From IMG/VR virus record IMGVR_UViG_3300049928_000004, positions 7,045 through 71,044 of that record: a stretch of DNA of 64,000 nt, one strand, 5' to 3'. A model generated the notes under the pieces. It was not told the origin of the DNA and ran no database searches. It saw nothing but the letters and a program-made list of their open reading frames with translations. Below are positions 1 to 8,136 of the stretch, piece by piece. Within the stretch, counting starts at the first letter, position 1, and each line of letters starts with the position of its first letter. Both the position numbers and the translations under genes were made by a program. Source of the DNA: a virus (taxonomy: Duplodnaviria > Caudoviricetes).

Positions 1-116
1 ACATCAAGGGGGCGGTCACCTATCTGCCTCATGGACTTGATCAAGCCCTGGACACGATCATCAACGAGCGGGCCGCCCTGTCTGCAATACCCCCGCAACA
101 GGAGCAGCCGCGATGA
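1..116 (+). CDS. Partial hypothetical protein (3' end of an early-left gene cut by the window)
   Basis: Open frame from position 3 to TGA at 114-116, which overlaps the next ATG (ATGA). Confidence 0.5.
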   Translation, partial: IKGAVTYLPHGLDQALDTIINERAALSAIPPQQEQPR

Positions 117-481
117 GCACCGACCGTGAATTGCTGGAAGCTGCCGCGCGTTCATTTTGGGCCGGTGAGATTGATGACGTGGTGTCGATCGAGTGGGGTG
201 ACATGGATGCCTGCATCCTCTACACCCATGCCGACAACCAAGACCATAACGGGCGCGATCGTCAGTATCGATGGAACCCGCTCGAAGAGAATCACGACGC
301 GTTCGAGTTGGCGGTGAAGCTGCGCGCTGTGGTTGGGCCGCATGTCATCAGCATCTATTTGCCCGCGCCTGACTATTGGCTTTCGGAAAGGGTCGATCAA
401 TCGGGCGACCCATGCACCAACATTCGCAGAGCCATCGTCCGCGCTGCCGCTTCTATGGCTAGTCAGGAGAAAGCCGAATGA
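113..481 (+). CDS. Hypothetical phage protein
   Basis: ATGA-coupled to both neighbours; GGAG upstream. Confidence 0.65.
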   Translation: MSTDRELLEAAARSFWAGEIDDVVSIEWGDMDACILYTHADNQDHNGRDRQYRWNPLEENHDAFELAVKLRAVVGPHVISIYLPAPDYWLSERVDQSGDPCTNIRRAIVRAAASMASQEKAE

Positions 482-846
482 GCACCGAAGGACATTGCGA
501 TTGCGGCGACCGTTGCAGTTGCCCACCCGGCAGCGCACAGCGCGCCGCCTGTACTTGCTGGCACATCGAAACGGAGAAGCCGATCAAGGTCTTCGGTCTG
601 CTCGCATTCGAGAAGTCTCAGAAGCCGCTGATCGAGAAGCACTGCTTCGGCGACTGCGGCAAGGTCTCTGCGGCCGGCGTCATCATGGACGATGCGCTCG
701 GTGGCCTGTGGGTCTGCTGCGAGGCTGTCTGCCCATGGCTCAGGAAAGAGATGGACGAGCCCTACGGCAACACCATGTCATTCGGCCGGCCGCACGCGAT
801 CTACCTGCGAACGTTGATCGATGAACCTCAGGATACCCCGCGATGA
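478..846 (+). CDS. Cys-rich hypothetical phage protein
   Basis: ATGA-coupled; several Cys clusters. Confidence 0.6.
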   Translation: MSTEGHCDCGDRCSCPPGSAQRAACTCWHIETEKPIKVFGLLAFEKSQKPLIEKHCFGDCGKVSAAGVIMDDALGGLWVCCEAVCPWLRKEMDEPYGNTMSFGRPHAIYLRTLIDEPQDTPR

Positions 847-1274
847 GCACCGATGACCAGAGCCGCAGCGACTTCGAGGCGAAGTTTCCGACGCCTGACA
901 TGGTGTCGTGGAATGGGGGTGAAATCGTCGTCAAGGAAGGCCGCGAGAATTCCTACCTCGCCGAGCGCTACTGCGCGCTTTGGGACGGCTGGCAGGCGAG
1001 CCGTCGCACCTACAGGGCCAGCCCGGAGTGGCAACCGATCGAGTCGGCGCCGAAGGACGGAACGGCGATCTTTGTGGTCATCGAAGACGCGCTCGTGCCT
1101 GAGGCTGGCGTTGCCCATTGGGGCGCGGAGACATGGCGTGGCGGCTACAGCGTGGACTGGGAGGGTACCGAAGACCCAGCGGGCCACTTCGGCGTCTACC
1201 CGTCGCCCAGCCACTGGATGCGACTGCCTACCGCTCCCGCGCTCGCTGCTCAGGCGCAGGAGGGCCAGCCATGA
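843..1274 (+). CDS. DUF551-like phage protein
   Basis: WQPIESAPKDG...PSHWMRLP motifs typical of this family. Confidence 0.7.
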   Translation: MSTDDQSRSDFEAKFPTPDMVSWNGGEIVVKEGRENSYLAERYCALWDGWQASRRTYRASPEWQPIESAPKDGTAIFVVIEDALVPEAGVAHWGAETWRGGYSVDWEGTEDPAGHFGVYPSPSHWMRLPTAPALAAQAQEGQP

Positions 1275-1549
1275 TGACCCCCGCCGAACTCGCCGCGCAC
1301 CTACGTGTCAGCGAGCGCACCGTCGCCCGGATGGTGCTGGAGGGCTGCCCGAGTATGCTTGTCGGCTCCCGGCGGCGCTTCGAACTGCCGGACGTCATTG
1401 CCTGGACCACTGAACGAGCCGCATGCCTACCCGAAAAGACCCCGATGGCCGTTGGCACGCAGAGGCATGCGTCGGCCGTCGCCGACTTCACCGCCGCCTC
1501 CCGGCGGGTGCAACTGCGAGTGACGCCAAGCGCATCGAAGCCGAGCTGA
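1271..1549 (+). CDS. xis: Excisionase/HTH DNA-binding protein
   Basis: MTPAELAAHLRVSERTVARM winged-HTH pattern; directly upstream of and overlapping the integrase. Confidence 0.75.
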   Translation: MMTPAELAAHLRVSERTVARMVLEGCPSMLVGSRRRFELPDVIAWTTERAACLPEKTPMAVGTQRHASAVADFTAASRRVQLRVTPSASKPS

Positions 1550-2445
1550 TCCGAGCGTTGCATGCCCAGGTCGGTGCGCGCGCGGTGCGCATCCCCGGCG
1601 ATCCCCTGCTGGCCGAACTCATGGCCGAGTACATCGCCCACGCGGAAACACTCCGCAGCCCGGACACAGCCAAGGCGCACGCTCACCGCATCGGGAGATG
1701 GCTGGAGGGCCGCAGGGCATCTGAGGCGCGCGAGGTGGGCGCAAAGCTCCGGGATGACCTGCTGAAAGCCTACAAGCCAGCCACGGTCAACCGAAGCCTT
1801 GGAGCGCTGAAAAAGGCCCTTGCAATGGCTTGGGAGCGCGGTGCGACGACCGTCGACTACAGCTCGCTCGTGAAGCGCATCGCCGAGAACAACGAGCGCA
1901 CGGTCTACCTGGGCATGGAAGAGGTGCAGTTGATCGCCGATCACGCCAGCGAGCAGGTGCGCGCGGCGATTTGGGTGGCGCTGCTGACCGGGTGCCGCCG
2001 CGGCGAAATCTGCAAGATCACGGCCGAGAACATCAAGCCCGACCGCATCCGCATCCCGGCCGGCAACACCAAGACGCTGCGCTACCGTGAGGTGCCCATC
2101 GTGCCGGCGCTGCGCCCTTGGCTCGAGTACCTGCCGCTGTCGATCAACTTCGAGGGCGTCAAAACCGGCTTCCGGCGCGCGCGCGAGGCCGCCGGCTATC
2201 CGGACGTGCACTTCCATGACCTGCGCCATTCCTGCGCCACGATCATGCTGGGCCTGGGCGTTGACCTGCACGTCGTGCGCGAGATCCTGGGCCACACGTC
2301 GATCAAGACCACCGAGCGCTACGCCCACGTCATGGTGGCGCCCCAGCGCGCGGCCCTCGCCAAGCTGGGCGCGTTACACCGTGATTTACACCAGACCGGC
2401 GCAGATCCTTTGAGGCCAAAAGCAAAAAGGCCCGCAAGTCGTTGA
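1423..2445 (+). CDS. int: Tyrosine integrase
   Basis: Catalytic motifs TGCRRGE, HDLRH, LGH and RYAH; adjacent to att. Confidence 0.95.
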   Translation: MPTRKDPDGRWHAEACVGRRRLHRRLPAGATASDAKRIEAELIRALHAQVGARAVRIPGDPLLAELMAEYIAHAETLRSPDTAKAHAHRIGRWLEGRRASEAREVGAKLRDDLLKAYKPATVNRSLGALKKALAMAWERGATTVDYSSLVKRIAENNERTVYLGMEEVQLIADHASEQVRAAIWVALLTGCRRGEICKITAENIKPDRIRIPAGNTKTLRYREVPIVPALRPWLEYLPLSINFEGVKTGFRRAREAAGYPDVHFHDLRHSCATIMLGLGVDLHVVREILGHTSIKTTERYAHVMVAPQRAALAKLGALHRDLHQTGADPLRPKAKRPASR

Positions 2446-2460
2446 ACTTGCAGGCCTTTT
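2424..2460 (-). terminator. Intrinsic terminator downstream of the tRNA-derived att core
   Basis: AAAAGGCCCGCAAG...CTTGCAGGCCTTTT inverted repeat with A/T tracts on both sides. Confidence 0.75.
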
Positions 2461-2463
2461 GAT

Positions 2464-2508
2464 TGGTGGGTGGTACAGGGATTGAACCTGTGACCCTTGC
2501 CGTGTGAA
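2464..2508 (-). other. attP core = 3' half of tRNA-Val(CAC)
   Basis: Reverse complement TTCACACGGCAAGGGTCACAGGTTCAATCCCTGTACCACCCACCA: anticodon loop, T-arm, acceptor strand and CCA; the 5' half is absent. Confidence 0.9.
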
Positions 2509-2743
2509 CGCAGGTGACAGTCAGCGCATGTCGCTATCTCCATGGGTAGTAAAGCGGCCAATGCCGGCGAAGAATCGATCTGGCAGACCGGTTTTTACAC
2601 CCGGATTTACACCGGATCAATCGTGGGATGCTTCACGCGAACGGCTGCGGGCCGAGCCTGTCATGGAGCACAATGGCGGGGCCGACAGGTGCTTGGAACC
2701 ACCCGCCGACCCCTGACCACTACCGAACTGACTGGAGTCCGAC

Positions 2744-3379
2744 ATGGCTAAATCCATTCTAGGCGCCGCCCTGGCGCTTGTCCTGACTGCTTGCGGTGGT
2801 GGAGGCGGTGACGCCCCGTCAGCCCCACCGCCGCCCGCCAAGGCCTACGCCGTCGACTTCTTCGGCGACTCCACGCTCGTGACCGACTACGACGGCCAGG
2901 CCGCCGACGCTCCGACCTATGCCTCCCAGGCAACGGGCCTGCCGGTGAAGAATCAGGCCGTGAAGGGTTCTGTCGTCATCCAGACGGTCGGTGGCATTCC
3001 GATACTCGACCTCGTGCGCGTGAGCGATTCGAAGGCCGTGGCCGCGAACTTCGCAATCAACGATTCGGCGAAGATCCCCGAGGCCGACTACCGCAAGGGC
3101 CTCGAGGACTTCGTGACCGCGGCGAAGGCGTCGGGCCACGTTGCGATTCTGGTCGAGAGCACGCCCTACGTGGACAACCCTGCCGCAGACACTGCCCGGC
3201 AGGCCTACGAGACGACCAAGGCGCAGGTCGCCGCCGCGATGGGTGCAACGTACTGCCACCTCCCGCCGCACGTCTGGACGCTCGCGGAGAAGCCGGACGG
3301 TCTGCACCCGAACGACATTGGCGCAAAGTGGATCGGCGGGCAGCAGTTGGCGCCGTGCATGCGTGCCATAGCAGGGTAG
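2744..3379 (+). CDS. SGNH/GDSL hydrolase-family lipoprotein (moron)
   Basis: Lipobox LTAC; blocks GDST, NFAIND and DGLHPN; GGAG RBS. Confidence 0.8.
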   Translation: MAKSILGAALALVLTACGGGGGDAPSAPPPPAKAYAVDFFGDSTLVTDYDGQAADAPTYASQATGLPVKNQAVKGSVVIQTVGGIPILDLVRVSDSKAVAANFAINDSAKIPEADYRKGLEDFVTAAKASGHVAILVESTPYVDNPAADTARQAYETTKAQVAAAMGATYCHLPPHVWTLAEKPDGLHPNDIGAKWIGGQQLAPCMRAIAG

Positions 3380-3429
3380 ACTGCGCCGCGCGCGTTCGAA
3401 CCGCTCACCTGCCACCAGAATGCAAAAAT

Positions 3430-3455
3430 CCCCCTCCAGCCGAAGGCTGAAGGGG
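3430..3455. terminator. Hairpin/terminator between convergent units
   Basis: CCCCTCCAGCC-GAA-GGCTGAAGGGG with an A tract on its left. Confidence 0.55.
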
Positions 3456-3472
3456 AATATTAGTAAATAGTC

Positions 3473-3501
3473 TTTACAGCTTGCGGACGCTGTGCTATTT
3501 T
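3473..3501 (+). promoter_or_regulatory. Sigma70-type promoter
   Basis: TTTACA-17 bp-TATTTT with extended -10 TG. Confidence 0.55.
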
Positions 3502-3507
3502 GCGCGC

Positions 3508-3620
3508 ATCGTAGTTGAGAACCCGGAGACGTGGGGTCGGCCAGGAGGCGCATCCTGGCGGGTTGGCGTGATGATCCCCTCGACATGCGAAGAAGGCCCC
3601 GACGTCCGGGGCCTTCGTAT
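3508..3620 (+). ncRNA. Candidate structured small RNA
   Basis: Promoter upstream, nested stems, GC-rich hairpin at 3592-3616; no convincing ORF. Confidence 0.35.
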
Positions 3621-3631
3621 TGGTGGATCGC

Positions 3632-3973
3632 TTATGTGGCGGCGCGGCGCGCGGACAACTTCGCCGTCGCCCACTTCGCGAAGCGGTGGATCTTCGTTCC
3701 GAGACCCATACGGATGCCGGCCGAGCGCAGCACCGAGATGGCCGTGTAGACGCAGCCGCCCCAGAAGTTCGTCGCCGCAGTCATGTGACCGCCTGGGGAC
3801 ATGAGCGGAATCAGCAGGGGGTTTGCGGCGAAATTGAGGCTAAACCCAAGGGCCACATTAGCCCATGCCTCGATGATTGCTGCTGTCGGATCAGTTCCGC
3901 TGCGCACCGCCCACCAGGTAAACCCGGCAGTGATGGCGATCGACGCAATGCCGAGCAATTCAAGCAGCGGCAT
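3632..3973 (-). CDS. Small membrane protein (DUF7220-like), last gene of the late operon
   Basis: Hydrophobic segments, WANVALGFSLNFAAN; GAGGA RBS before ATG at 3973. Confidence 0.6.
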   Translation of the reverse strand: MPLLELLGIASIAITAGFTWWAVRSGTDPTAAIIEAWANVALGFSLNFAANPLLIPLMSPGGHMTAATNFWGGCVYTAISVLRSAGIRMGLGTKIHRFAKWATAKLSARRAAT

Positions 3974-4406
3974 GGGTGTCCTCAATGGTGTAGTGCTTCG
4001 GGTCGCGGTCGCCATACTTCTCGCGAATAACGCCCATCATCGCCTCTATCTTCTCGTACAGCGGGCCCAGATCGGTGCTGGGTGGCCGGTCGTCGATCAG
4101 GTTGCCACGCTCTTGCGTCTCGATCAGGATGTTGATGCAGGCGAGCGCATTCGCGAGGTGCGGCGTGCCATCGGCCGGGTCGAGTTCCTGCCCCTCCCAC
4201 CAGCGATCCATGTGGCGGCCGAGCGCAGCGTAGTAGACCGAGGCCCGGGCGCCGCCGGCACGGTAGTTCCATGCGCCGTATTTGACGTTTCCGAGGTAGT
4301 GCGCAATCGCCTGATACGCCTTGACGACGCCGGAGACGAGGTGGAGCGGAACCTTCAGGACACCCAAGCTATCCTTGGGATTCGTCGGCTTGCTGTCTGT
4401 CGTCAT
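3960..4406 (-). CDS. dATP/dGTP diphosphohydrolase domain protein (DUF5664-like)
   Basis: NPKD..G..K.PLHLV, KYGAWNYR, HMDRWWEGQELDP and HLANA motifs. Confidence 0.8.
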   Translation of the reverse strand: MTTDSKPTNPKDSLGVLKVPLHLVSGVVKAYQAIAHYLGNVKYGAWNYRAGGARASVYYAALGRHMDRWWEGQELDPADGTPHLANALACINILIETQERGNLIDDRPPSTDLGPLYEKIEAMMGVIREKYGDRDPKHYTIEDTHAAA

Positions 4407-4438
4407 GCGCTTCTCTGTTGGGTGGCGTAGACGTTCTA

Positions 4439-4467
4439 CGTCTAGCGCGATAATTTCGCGAGCTCAA
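4439..4467 (-). promoter_or_regulatory. Putative promoter sharing a 15-bp spacer element with pR'
   Basis: TTGAGC-17-TAGACG; contains TAGCGCGATAATTTC, also found at 41737-41751. Confidence 0.45.
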
Positions 4468-5648
4468 GCGGCTTCGCTATCGCGCACCATGTCGCTGTTG
4501 ATCGTGAGGCGGCTCACCTCGCCGTAGTCCCGGTGGTAGGTGATGACCTTGGCGTCGCGGCCAGCTAGCCAACCGCCGCGGGCGGCGTAGGCATCGGGCG
4601 CGCAGAGCGTTCGATGCTGCTCCACAACCATCAGGTTGTTTTCCTTGACGTCGATACTGTGAAGGTGGCCGGTGTGCGCGTAGGCGTATTTCGTGCGGCC
4701 GAAGATCTCACGGAACTGTCCGGCGAAAACTTCTGCGACGTTCGTCACCTTGCGCTTATGTCCGTGGTGGAAGAACAGCGCAACCTTGCCGAACTCATAG
4801 ACGTTGTACGGTGACGGGCTGCGGTCGACGGTGATGCGGGGCTCGTCCTCGTACAACACCGAGAACCACTCACGCATCCAGATTTGTGACACCGGATCGT
4901 GGTTCGCATCGGCCATGATGATGTGCAGCCGCTCGTGCTTGGCGAGCAACATGTCGATGACCTGCCGCAGTACTCGGATAGCCGTACGGACCACCTTGTA
5001 GAACCGTGAGTCGACGTCAAGGCAGTTCTTGGACGCCGGCGTTAGGGCCTCCATGCCATCAGCGTGCAGAAAGTCCGAGAGCTGCGCAAACACGCCGACA
5101 CGCGAGTTCGGTGCCTGCGCTATGGCCTGAGAGAACCACGTCAGCAGGGTTCGCTCGGCGATCTTGATGTCCCAATCCGCCCCCGTCTCCTCATGATGGC
5201 TCAGCATCGAGAGATGGAAGTCAGTGATGACGTAGCAGTTACAGAGGTTGCCGTTCCGTGGCGCTGCGACGTGCGGAATAGGCGCCAGTCGCGGGATGTC
5301 CTCCGACAGGGCATCGATGGTCGCCCGCATGATCGCGTCTTGGCGATCTTGGTCCAGCCCACTCTTAACCCATTGCCCGGCCGGCTGACCCGACTTGTCG
5401 TAGTACGTCGACACTCCCCGAACTTTGTAGCCATCCGGGACGGAGTGCACCATGTCGTGCTGCGGGCTGTGGCCCATCTTCGCGGCCTTGCGCTTCAGGT
5501 TCTCCAGCGAATCCCGGAGGCTGCTCTCGCCGCACTTGAGCGCGCGCGCGGCGCCTCGCTGGCTGCCGTGCTTCTCGATCGCTTCGATGTACTCCAGTTG
5601 CCGAACCGTCGCCCAGGGTCGAAGTTCCTTGAAGGCGTCGGTTGTCAT
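4464..5648 (-). CDS. Calcineurin-like metallophosphoesterase with N-terminal HTH
   Basis: TDFH, SDFLH, ANHD, HHGH and GHLH metal-binding motifs; N-terminal SQRGAARALK helix-turn-helix. Confidence 0.75.
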   Translation of the reverse strand: MTTDAFKELRPWATVRQLEYIEAIEKHGSQRGAARALKCGESSLRDSLENLKRKAAKMGHSPQHDMVHSVPDGYKVRGVSTYYDKSGQPAGQWVKSGLDQDRQDAIMRATIDALSEDIPRLAPIPHVAAPRNGNLCNCYVITDFHLSMLSHHEETGADWDIKIAERTLLTWFSQAIAQAPNSRVGVFAQLSDFLHADGMEALTPASKNCLDVDSRFYKVVRTAIRVLRQVIDMLLAKHERLHIIMADANHDPVSQIWMREWFSVLYEDEPRITVDRSPSPYNVYEFGKVALFFHHGHKRKVTNVAEVFAGQFREIFGRTKYAYAHTGHLHSIDVKENNLMVVEQHRTLCAPDAYAARGGWLAGRDAKVITYHRDYGEVSRLTINSDMVRDSEAA

Positions 5649-6010
5649 TGGGTCCTCATCAGCAGTTTTTCGAGCGTGTTGACGACGCGGTGTTCGACGC
5701 TGTACTGCACTTGGGATGATGCGTCGGAAGCCACCGAGTAAGTGAGTTCAAACAGCAGGACATGCAGCAACTCATGGACAACGGTCGCCTCGATCGCCTC
5801 AGATGTCGTCGGGCCTGACCAGTTGCCGGTTTTGTAGGCGGCGAGCCGGTCAGGGTAGAAGAGCTTCACCTTCGACATGGAGCCGTTGCAGCGGCCGACT
5901 CCGCGCTCGATGCGCCAATCTGTGAGGTTCAGTTTCACCTGCCAGACCCGAACCAGGCGATCGAACTCAGCGTCTTGCTCTGGCGTCAGGAATGGCAACT
6001 TCGATTTCAC
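5645..6010 (-). CDS. Putative zinc metallopeptidase-like protein
   Basis: HELLH (HExxH) motif; coupled to neighbours. Confidence 0.55.
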   Translation of the reverse strand: MKSKLPFLTPEQDAEFDRLVRVWQVKLNLTDWRIERGVGRCNGSMSKVKLFYPDRLAAYKTGNWSGPTTSEAIEATVVHELLHVLLFELTYSVASDASSQVQYSVEHRVVNTLEKLLMRTQ

Positions 6011-6513
6011 GGCTTGGCAGTCAATGCGTCGTAAGAACGCTCGCAGGCGAGGCCGGCGATTCGGTTGGCGTCGGCTTCAGCAGCCACCCTTGCCGCAAAG
6101 TCGTCAGTTGATCGGAGCACTTCGGCGAGCACCCCGATGGGGTCGCTGGCTGGCGCGCTTCCGCTGGCAGGGCCGGGATACTTGGGCCCCCGACTGGCAG
6201 AAACGAAGGCGTCGAGGCGCATCCGGTAAGCGTCACCAGCAGCAGCAGCGCGGGAAGCGTCAGCGCGAGCAGCGCTAGCTTGAAGTTGAGCGTCATGGAT
6301 TGCCCCTTGTTGGGTGGCGACGATCTGTGCCGACTTGGCGGCGTTGTCCTGCGCCATCTTCATCGCTGCGGCCGAAGACTTGGCGCGCTCGTCGGCGGCG
6401 CCGAGTTCCTTCTCATGCGCGACGAAGAGCGCGTAGCCCGCGATCAGCGCCAGCACGAGCAGCCCTATCCCGATCACCTTGACGGCAACCGCTGACAGGC
6501 CGAACGGCATCAC
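6007..6513 (-). CDS. Rz: Inner-membrane spanin
   Basis: N-terminal TM segment, Ala-rich coiled coil, in the lysis cassette with an embedded lipoprotein. Confidence 0.8.
   Translation of the reverse strand: MMPFGLSAVAVKVIGIGLLVLALIAGYALFVAHEKELGAADERAKSSAAAMKMAQDNAAKSAQIVATQQGAIHDAQLQASAARADASRAAAAGDAYRMRLDAFVSASRGPKYPGPASGSAPASDPIGVLAEVLRSTDDFAARVAAEADANRIAGLACERSYDALTAKP
6021..6296 (-). CDS. Rz1: Outer-membrane spanin lipoprotein embedded in Rz
   Basis: Lipobox LTGC followed by a Pro-rich segment; different frame entirely inside Rz. Confidence 0.75.
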   Translation of the reverse strand: MTLNFKLALLALTLPALLLLVTLTGCASTPSFLPVGGPSIPALPAEARQPATPSGCSPKCSDQLTTLRQGWLLKPTPTESPASPASVLTTH

Positions 6514-6770
6514 TTCGCTCCGGCAGCAGTCAGGCGCTCGAGCGCATGCGTCAGGGCGAGCGCGGTAGCCGCCTTGCGTTGGGTGGCTGCGAGGATCATG
6601 GCGTCATCGGACGTCGTATTTGCCGCGGCGAGCAGCACGTCTACCGCGCCGTGTATGGCGTCGGCACGGATGGCGCTGGTTTTCTGGCGGGTCAGCCAAG
6701 CGTGGGCGGCAATGCCTCCGATGAAGAGGAAGACAGCGCCGGCGATGAGGGCGAGGATTTGCATGGTCAT
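6510..6770 (-). CDS. Small membrane protein in the lysis cassette
   Basis: N-terminal TM segment; ATGA-coupled to Rz. Confidence 0.6.
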   Translation of the reverse strand: MTMQILALIAGAVFLFIGGIAAHAWLTRQKTSAIRADAIHGAVDVLLAAANTTSDDAMILAATQRKAATALALTHALERLTAAGAK

Positions 6771-6780
6771 GGTGGTTCTC

Positions 6781-7041
6781 CTAGGATTTCGAGGTGATGG
6801 ACTTCGATTCGTCCGGGGGTTGCGGCTCGGTAGACCGCTTCATGTAGATGGCACCAGCGTGGCCGGCGGCGATTGCAACGAAGGCAGCCGCGAGAACGGT
6901 GAGGTCGACGTCGTGTCCGCGCGCCTCATGAACCAAGGCGATTAGCGCGACAAAGGCCCATGAGAAGGCCCACGAGTAACGGCCGAGGTCATGGCTCTGA
7001 CCGTCAATGCCCGTGAAGATTTCGCGCAGGATCTTCAGCAT
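6781..7041 (-). CDS. Putative holin
   Basis: 86 aa from ATG 7041, two TM segments, charged C-terminus, downstream of the endolysin. Confidence 0.6.
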   Translation of the reverse strand: MLKILREIFTGIDGQSHDLGRYSWAFSWAFVALIALVHEARGHDVDLTVLAAAFVAIAAGHAGAIYMKRSTEPQPPDESKSITSKS

Positions 7042-7277
7042 GGGACGAGTTCCCCGGCAGTCAGGTAACCATGCCAGCCGCAGCAACGCTGCCCGAGCGA
7101 TGGCGTGAGGGTCGGCTTCTCTTCGTTGCCGTCCCATGTCCAGCTATCGCCGAAGTCTTTGTCTACGGGAACGTAAGAGTCACCACCGCAGCCGGGGCAA
7201 TCGAAAGCGACGCCGCCAATTCGGCCATCTGGGTAACGGCGAATTGCCCAGCCGTTCGGGCGCTCCTCGCGGCTCAT
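7035..7277 (-). CDS. DUF6527-like Cys/His protein
   Basis: FDCPGCG, WTWDGN..KPTLTPS and CCGWHGYL motifs. Confidence 0.65.
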   Translation of the reverse strand: MSREERPNGWAIRRYPDGRIGGVAFDCPGCGGDSYVPVDKDFGDSWTWDGNEEKPTLTPSLGQRCCGWHGYLTAGELVPC

Positions 7278-7894
7278 TACGAGAAGGCGTTGAGCGCCTG
7301 CTGTGTGTACTGCTTACGCAGACTGGCCTGCAGCATCGCGCGTCCGTTCACCGCGCGAGTCACGGCATCGAAGTCGCCCGCGTCCGCCAGAGGGATGCAA
7401 TTCGCGTTGCTGAAGTACCAGGCCGCGGTGAGGCATGCGTCGGCCGGCTGCGCCACGAGGTCGGGACTACCGACGTAGTCGCGGCCAAGACCGGCCGTCG
7501 CTTTAGCGTACGCGTTCTTGCCTGTGAGTTGCAGTGCACCGCGCCCGCGGTACGCGTAGCCCTCTCCGCTCGTCTCGTCCCCATTGCCCATACGATTGGC
7601 GTACACTCGCGCGCCCAACTTGGGCGGATTCTTCGCATAGAACGCTGCCTCGCTCGGACCCGTGAAATGCGACGGGAAGACCGCATAGATTCGGTCAGGC
7701 GACGAATAGAAAAGGTTCTCTTCCATATGCACGAACAGCGCACTCTCGACCATGCATTGCCCGAGAATTGCCGCGACGCGCGCAGGCGTCGAGATGTCGA
7801 AGCGGGCGCAGGCGTCGGACAGCGGCGTCGCGAAGGCTGCCGCCTGGGTGGGACCAACGCCCGCGGAGATCAACTGCTCGGCGGTGATTTTCAT
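7277..7894 (-). CDS. Endolysin, glycoside hydrolase family 19
   Basis: EENLFYS, YANRMGNG, YRGRGALQLTG and TRAVNG motifs. Confidence 0.9.
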   Translation of the reverse strand: MKITAEQLISAGVGPTQAAAFATPLSDACARFDISTPARVAAILGQCMVESALFVHMEENLFYSSPDRIYAVFPSHFTGPSEAAFYAKNPPKLGARVYANRMGNGDETSGEGYAYRGRGALQLTGKNAYAKATAGLGRDYVGSPDLVAQPADACLTAAWYFSNANCIPLADAGDFDAVTRAVNGRAMLQASLRKQYTQQALNAFS

Positions 7895-8136
7895 GGCAGG
7901 AAGTCCAAAGTCATGTCGCTGGCGTAGTGCTCATGCCAGTTGGCGATCGCCTCTTCGAGCGTCATCGCCGAATGGGGCTTGTGGTTCGTCGTGCTCAGGC
8001 GCCCGTCCTTGTCGGTGGCGAGGCCACTCGGCCCGCGAGGCGGAGACGAAGAAGCCGGCGCTGGGGCCGGCTTCGGGATGACTTTCTCGCCGAGTCCCTT
8101 GAAGGGTGGCGGAAACGGATCGTCAGTCGTGCGCAT
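7891..8136 (-). CDS. Hypothetical protein
   Basis: Coupled between the holin-like gene and the endolysin. Confidence 0.5.
   Translation of the reverse strand: MRTTDDPFPPPFKGLGEKVIPKPAPAPASSSPPRGPSGLATDKDGRLSTTNHKPHSAMTLEEAIANWHEHYASDMTLDFLP

Larger units (their letters stand above)
2373..2613. repeat. Putative integrase arm-type sites: two pairs of TTACACC direct repeats (12-bp period) flanking the att core
   Basis: GTTACACC 2373-2380, TTTACACC 2385-2392, 2594-2601 and 2606-2613. Confidence 0.7.

Noticed and set aside
2464-2540. Complete tRNA-Val gene
   Set aside because: Only the 3' half is present. The bases 5' of the anticodon loop cannot form the anticodon stem, and there is no D-arm or 5' acceptor strand.
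3531-3749. 72-aa plus-strand ORF after the 3473 promoter
   Set aside because: RBS spacing is too short, it reads through a strong hairpin and overlaps an antisense gene; an RNA is the simpler reading.
3960-4406. Z-genome or 7-deazaguanine DNA modification system
   Set aside because: No PurZ, DpdA, QueC/D/E, FolE or DNA polymerase gene was recognised; the DUF5664-like gene alone is insufficient.
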